64,000 bases of DNA from Anaerolineae bacterium (GTDB taxonomy: Bacteria; Chloroflexota; Anaerolineae; S140-20): NCBI GenBank assembly GCA_027021705.1, contig JALUTT010000077.1, forward strand, positions 1-64,000, read 5' to 3'. Each line of letters opens with the position of its first letter. Positions within the stretch are counted from its first letter, which is position 1. The notes beneath the pieces are model-generated. The model saw only the letters and a list, made by a program, of their open reading frames with translations. It searched no databases and was not told the origin of the DNA. The position numbers were made by a program, and so were the translations under genes. Shown here one piece after another: positions 59,838 through 64,000 of the stretch.

Positions 59838-61244
59838 CTATTCCGGCGCTGGCATCTCCGAAACCAGCAGCGCCTCCGCCTGTCGGATCTGCGCCCGGAC
59901 CGTCTCGGGTGCGGTGCCCCCCACGGCCCGCCGCCGGGCCACGGAGCGGGCCGCGTCGAAGACCCGGTAGAGGTCGGCAGCGAAGGCGGGGTGGATGGCC
60001 CGGTAGCAGGCCAGGGGAAGCTGCGAGAGGGGAAGGCCCGCCTCCGCGGCCTCCCGGACCACCTGCCCGACGATCTGGTGGGCCTGCCGGAAGGGCAGGC
60101 CCTTTTCGACCAGGTAGTCGGCCAGGTCGGTGGCCAGCATCGCCTCGTCCAGCGCCGCCGCCATCCGCTCCTCGTGGACGGTCATCGTGGCGACCGCGCC
60201 GGCGACGACGGGCAGCGTGAGGGCCAGCGTCTCCACGGCGTCGAAGAGGGGCTCCTTGTCCTCCTGGAAGTCCTTGTTGTAGCCGCTGGGTGTCCCCTTG
60301 AGCACCGCGAGCAGCGTCACCAGGTCCCCCAGGAGCCGTCCGCTCTTCCCCCGCGTCAACTCCAGGCTGTCCGGGTTCTTCTTCTGGGGCATCAGGCTGG
60401 AGCCGGTGCTGTAGGCATCGGCCAGGGTGACGAAGCCGAACTCGGCCGTGGAGAAGAGGATCAGGTCCTCGGCCAGCCGGCTCAGGTGGACGCCGATGAG
60501 GGCGGCAACGAAGAGGAACTCGGCGATGTAGTCCCGGTCGGCGACGGCGTCCAGGCTGTTGGGGCTGACGGCCCGGAAGCCCAGTTCCTGCGCCAGTGCC
60601 TCCCGGTCTATGGGGAAGGGGGTGCCTGCCAGCGCACCGCTGCCCAGGGGGAGCACCGCCGTCCGACGGCGACAGTCGGCCAGCCGCTCCCGGTCCCGCT
60701 GCAAGGGCCAGAAGTGGGAGAGCAGCCAGTGGGCGAAGAGGAGGGGCTGGGCCCGCTGGAGGTGGGTGTAGCCGGGCATCAGGGCCTGGGGATGGGCCTG
60801 GGCTTGCTGCACCAGGGCGGCCTGGAGCTCCCGTAGCCCCGCCTCCACGGTGGGGATCGCCTCCTCCAGCAGGTAGAGACGGGTGTCGGTGGCCACCTGG
60901 TCGTTGCGGGAGCGCCCGGTGTGGAGCTTGCCGGCCACCTCGCCGATCAGTTCGTGCAGCCGCCGCTCCACGGCGGTGTGGATGTCCTCGTCCTCCGAGG
61001 CGGGCACGAAGGTGCCCGCCTCGAACTCCTCCCGGACCTGCTCCAGCCCGGCGACGATCCGCTCCGCCTCCTCGGCGGTCAGCAGGCCGACCCGGGCCAG
61101 AGCCCGGGCGTAGGCGATGCTGCCCCGGATGTCATGGGCGTAGAGACGCCGGTCGAAGGGGAAGGAATCGTGGAAGCGCCGCATCGCTTCGGCGGGCGGC
61201 TCGGTGAAGCGCCCGCCCCAGAGCCGGTGGGGTTCTCGGTTCAC
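59838..61244 (-). CDS. argH: Argininosuccinate lyase
   Basis: LWGGRF, EDIH, HTGRSRNDQ, GYTHLQRAQ, GSSLMPQKKNPD; the GTG at 61244 overlaps the kinase stop. Confidence 0.97.
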   Translation of the reverse strand: MNREPHRLWGGRFTEPPAEAMRRFHDSFPFDRRLYAHDIRGSIAYARALARVGLLTAEEAERIVAGLEQVREEFEAGTFVPASEDEDIHTAVERRLHELIGEVAGKLHTGRSRNDQVATDTRLYLLEEAIPTVEAGLRELQAALVQQAQAHPQALMPGYTHLQRAQPLLFAHWLLSHFWPLQRDRERLADCRRRTAVLPLGSGALAGTPFPIDREALAQELGFRAVSPNSLDAVADRDYIAEFLFVAALIGVHLSRLAEDLILFSTAEFGFVTLADAYSTGSSLMPQKKNPDSLELTRGKSGRLLGDLVTLLAVLKGTPSGYNKDFQEDKEPLFDAVETLALTLPVVAGAVATMTVHEERMAAALDEAMLATDLADYLVEKGLPFRQAHQIVGQVVREAAEAGLPLSQLPLACYRAIHPAFAADLYRVFDAARSVARRRAVGGTAPETVRAQIRQAEALLVSEMPAPE

Positions 61245-64000
61245 GATGGTCTCTCCTTCAGCGCTTGGGCAATCACCGCCGCCAGGCGCTCCACGTCCGG
61301 TGGTTTCTGGAGCCAACCTACGACGCCGTGGGTTCGCAGTCCTGCCGCTTCCTCACCCAGCGGGTAACCGGTGAGTACGATGATCTTCACGCCCGGCTTG
61401 CGCTGCTGGAGGGCCTGGCAGAGGGCCTGCCCCCCCATCTCCGGCATCACCAGGTCGCTCAGCACCAGGACGATCTCGTCGCTGTGTTGCTCGAAGACCC
61501 TCAGGGCTTCCCGACCATGGGCTGCCTCCAGCACCCGGTAGCCCAGGGTCTCCAAGAGCTCCTTCAGCGCCTGCCGTGTGACCAAGTCATCTTCCACCAC
61601 CAACAGGACCTCGCCGGCCCCCCGAGGGAGGACCGGGTCCTCCCTCAAGGGCTCCTCTATCTCGGGGTGGGCGAGGGCGGGCAGGTAGAGGGTGAAGATG
61701 GTGCCCTGCCCCACCTGGCTCTCCACGTCAATGTATCCCTCGTGCTGCCGGATGATCCCGTAGACCTGGGAGAGCCCCAAGCCGGTGCCCTCGCCGGGGG
61801 GTTTGGTGGTGAAGAAGGGCTCGAAGATGTGGGGCATGACCTCCGGTGGGATGCCGATCCCGGTGTCTGCGACCTGGATCTGCACCCACTCCCCCGGTGC
61901 CATATCGGGCGTCGGGGGCACGTCATCAGACCCGATCTGCACCTGTTCCAGCGCGATCCGCAATCGTCCCCCGTTGGGCATCGCATCCTGGGCGTTGAGG
62001 GCCAGGTTGATCAGTGCCTGCTGGAGGCGGGTGGGATCGGCGTTGACGGTGCAGGGACCCGGGCCGAGGGAGAGGTCCAATTGGATGTTCTCCGGCAGGA
62101 TCCGCTCCAACAGCCTGGTCAGCTCCTTCAGGAAGGGCACCAAGTCGAGGGGCTGGAGTTCGATGAGGGAACGCCGGCTGAAGTCGAGGATCTGTTGGAT
62201 CAGGCTGGCAGCCCGCCGGGCCTGGTCGGCGATGACCCGCAGGCGCTGGTGGGTTTTGGGTGGCAGCCCCGCATCGCGCAGGGCCATCTGGGTGTGGAGG
62301 AGGATGACGGCCAGGATGTTGTTGAAGTCGTGGGCGATGCCGGCGGCCAACTGCCCCACGGTGGCCAACCGTTCTTGTTCCTGCGCCTGCTGCTGGATCT
62401 GCCGTTGGCGGGTCACGTCGCGGATGACCAATACCCAACCTCCAGGAGGGAGATTGGTCCCTTCCTCCACCATAGGCCGGGCTGTCATCTCGAAGATGTA
62501 GCGGGGAGGACCCTCGATGGCGATCTCGTGCCAGGGCTCCTCCGGGGCGGGGATTAGCAGTTCCTCGATGGGGTTTCCTCCCAAGTGGGTGATCCGGGGA
62601 GGGGATTCGTCGCCTACCAGCACGGCGAGGCAGGCGCGGGCGGCCGGGTTGGCCATCAGAAGGCGATGGTGAGCGTCCAGCAGGAGCACACCGTGGGGCA
62701 CCGTGTCTATGATCTGCTGGACCTGCCGGGCCTGCTCCTGGGTCTGGGCCAACAACCGGGCGTTCTGGATGGCGATGGCGGCCTGGGCGGCGAAGCGGGA
62801 GAGGAGGGCGGCATCTCCCAGGCTGAAGCAGCGCTGACCTCGGCCCGCCTGGATGATGAGCACGCCCAGGAACTCCTGGCCCCACCGGATGGGCACCCCA
62901 ACGAGGGTGGCGGGGAGATCGGCCCACTTGGGGGAGCGACCAGGCCACGTCGAGTAGTCCTCGACGATGATGGGTTCGCCGGTGGCCCAGACCTTCCCGG
63001 CCAACCCCTCGCCCCACTCGAGGGTGAAGCCTATCCGCCGCTCCAGTTCCTCGCCGACGGCGACGGCCCACTCCAGCACGTTTCGACGGGGGCGGTAGAG
63101 GTAGATCCCGCCGGTCTCACCATCCAGCAAGCGGATCGCCCGCTCGACGATCTGGCGCAGCAAGGTGTCCAGGTCGTGCAGGAGGGCCAGGTCCTGAGAG
63201 ACTTGGTAGAGGGCTTCCATCTGGTCGGCCTGCCGCCGGGTCTCGTCGAAGAGGCGGGCGTTCTCCAGGGCGATGGCGACCTGGGCGGCCAGGGACTCCA
63301 ACAGGCGGCGGTCGGCCTCCCCGAAGGCGTGGGGGCGGAAGGACTGAACGGAAATGGCTCCGACCAGACGATCGTGGGCGACCAGGGGGATGCCCATCCA
63401 GGTCCGAGCCGGACGGGAGCCGTGCTGGGGTTCGGCGGGCAGGGGGTCCTTCTCCAAGTCCTCCACCAGCAGCGATCGCCGCTCCCGCATCACCCAGCCG
63501 GTCAGGCCGCCCTCCGCCAGGGGCATCTCCATCCCGACGGCCCCGGGAACGGGCCGGCCCTCCTCCAGAGCGAGGACCACCTGGAGGGCATCCGTCTCGG
63601 CCTCGTAGAGGGCGACGACGAAGGTATCCGGTGCCAGCAGCCGGTGGATCTGCTCGGCGAGGCGTTGGAGCAGTTCCTCGGTGTCCAAGACACTGCTGAT
63701 GGCCAGAGCTGTTTCATAGAGGCCGGCCAGTTCCTGGGCGCGGCGCCGGGACTCCTCGAAGAGGTGGGCGTTCTGGAAGGCGATGGCGGCCTGGACGGCG
63801 AAGGCGGCCAACCGATCGAGGTGTTCCGGGCGGTAGAAGCCGGGCTCGGTCTTGTCCAGGGAGAAGAAAGCGATGACCTCTCCGTGGATGATGATGGGAG
63901 CGCCGGCCCAAGAGCGCAGGTAGTCCGAAGCCCGGAACCGCACCCAGTCGGGGTCGGCAGCGGTGTCGGGGATGATCATCGGCTTCCCCGTTTCGATCAT
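61241..64000 (-). CDS. Hybrid sensor histidine kinase (at least 3 GAF, PAS-like, HisKA, HATPase, REC); 5' end outside the window
   Basis: Repeated QAAIA.QNA.L GAF ends; [11 protein letters not shown]-box; [40 protein letters not shown] and QKP receiver motifs. Confidence 0.95.
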   Translation of the reverse strand: MIETGKPMIIPDTAADPDWVRFRASDYLRSWAGAPIIIHGEVIAFFSLDKTEPGFYRPEHLDRLAAFAVQAAIAFQNAHLFEESRRRAQELAGLYETALAISSVLDTEELLQRLAEQIHRLLAPDTFVVALYEAETDALQVVLALEEGRPVPGAVGMEMPLAEGGLTGWVMRERRSLLVEDLEKDPLPAEPQHGSRPARTWMGIPLVAHDRLVGAISVQSFRPHAFGEADRRLLESLAAQVAIALENARLFDETRRQADQMEALYQVSQDLALLHDLDTLLRQIVERAIRLLDGETGGIYLYRPRRNVLEWAVAVGEELERRIGFTLEWGEGLAGKVWATGEPIIVEDYSTWPGRSPKWADLPATLVGVPIRWGQEFLGVLIIQAGRGQRCFSLGDAALLSRFAAQAAIAIQNARLLAQTQEQARQVQQIIDTVPHGVLLLDAHHRLLMANPAARACLAVLVGDESPPRITHLGGNPIEELLIPAPEEPWHEIAIEGPPRYIFEMTARPMVEEGTNLPPGGWVLVIRDVTRQRQIQQQAQEQERLATVGQLAAGIAHDFNNILAVILLHTQMALRDAGLPPKTHQRLRVIADQARRAASLIQQILDFSRRSLIELQPLDLVPFLKELTRLLERILPENIQLDLSLGPGPCTVNADPTRLQQALINLALNAQDAMPNGGRLRIALEQVQIGSDDVPPTPDMAPGEWVQIQVADTGIGIPPEVMPHIFEPFFTTKPPGEGTGLGLSQVYGIIRQHEGYIDVESQVGQGTIFTLYLPALAHPEIEEPLREDPVLPRGAGEVLLVVEDDLVTRQALKELLETLGYRVLEAAHGREALRVFEQHSDEIVLVLSDLVMPEMGGQALCQALQQRKPGVKIIVLTGYPLGEEAAGLRTHGVVGWLQKPPDVERLAAVIAQALKERPS

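Overview
High-GC bacterial chromosome segment, most likely Chloroflexota (Anaerolineae-like). This is inferred from gene style, C-terminal 'LPLV' motifs and Pro/Thr-rich linkers, not from a marker-gene search. The housekeeping backbone contains an ECF transporter, secreted S8 and C25 proteases, a clan GH-A hydrolase, VanW, phnDCEE, three M42 peptidases, two surE, a class A PBP, rlmD, slyD, a cold-shock protein, tRNA-Lys(CTT), wzm, a GT4, tyrA, polA, argH and a GAF hybrid kinase. The main accessory feature is a ~12.6 kb element integrated in tRNA-Lys and bounded by a 45-bp att duplication (34041-34085 / 46589-46633). It has no recognisable virion genes. It carries an integrase, three excisionase-like HTH proteins, a membrane FtsK/TraB-like ATPase with a membrane-HTH partner, a second tyrosine recombinase next to a dif-like site, a CopG-like RHH gene and a P4-alpha-like primase-helicase. 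Unusually, two ~95% identical 140-bp iteron/AT-rich origin-like blocks lie in inverted orientation near its two ends, and a third cluster with the same GGTGACA core follows the FtsK gene. The window also holds two MITE families with 8-9 bp target duplications (family A always sits 10-14 bp upstream of a predicted -35 box), a candidate ~85-nt sRNA, a parS site, an ATPase+TOPRIM candidate defence pair, a subtilase with a prodomain-like module at its C-terminus, and several deletion pseudogenes. All family assignments are by motif recognition only.
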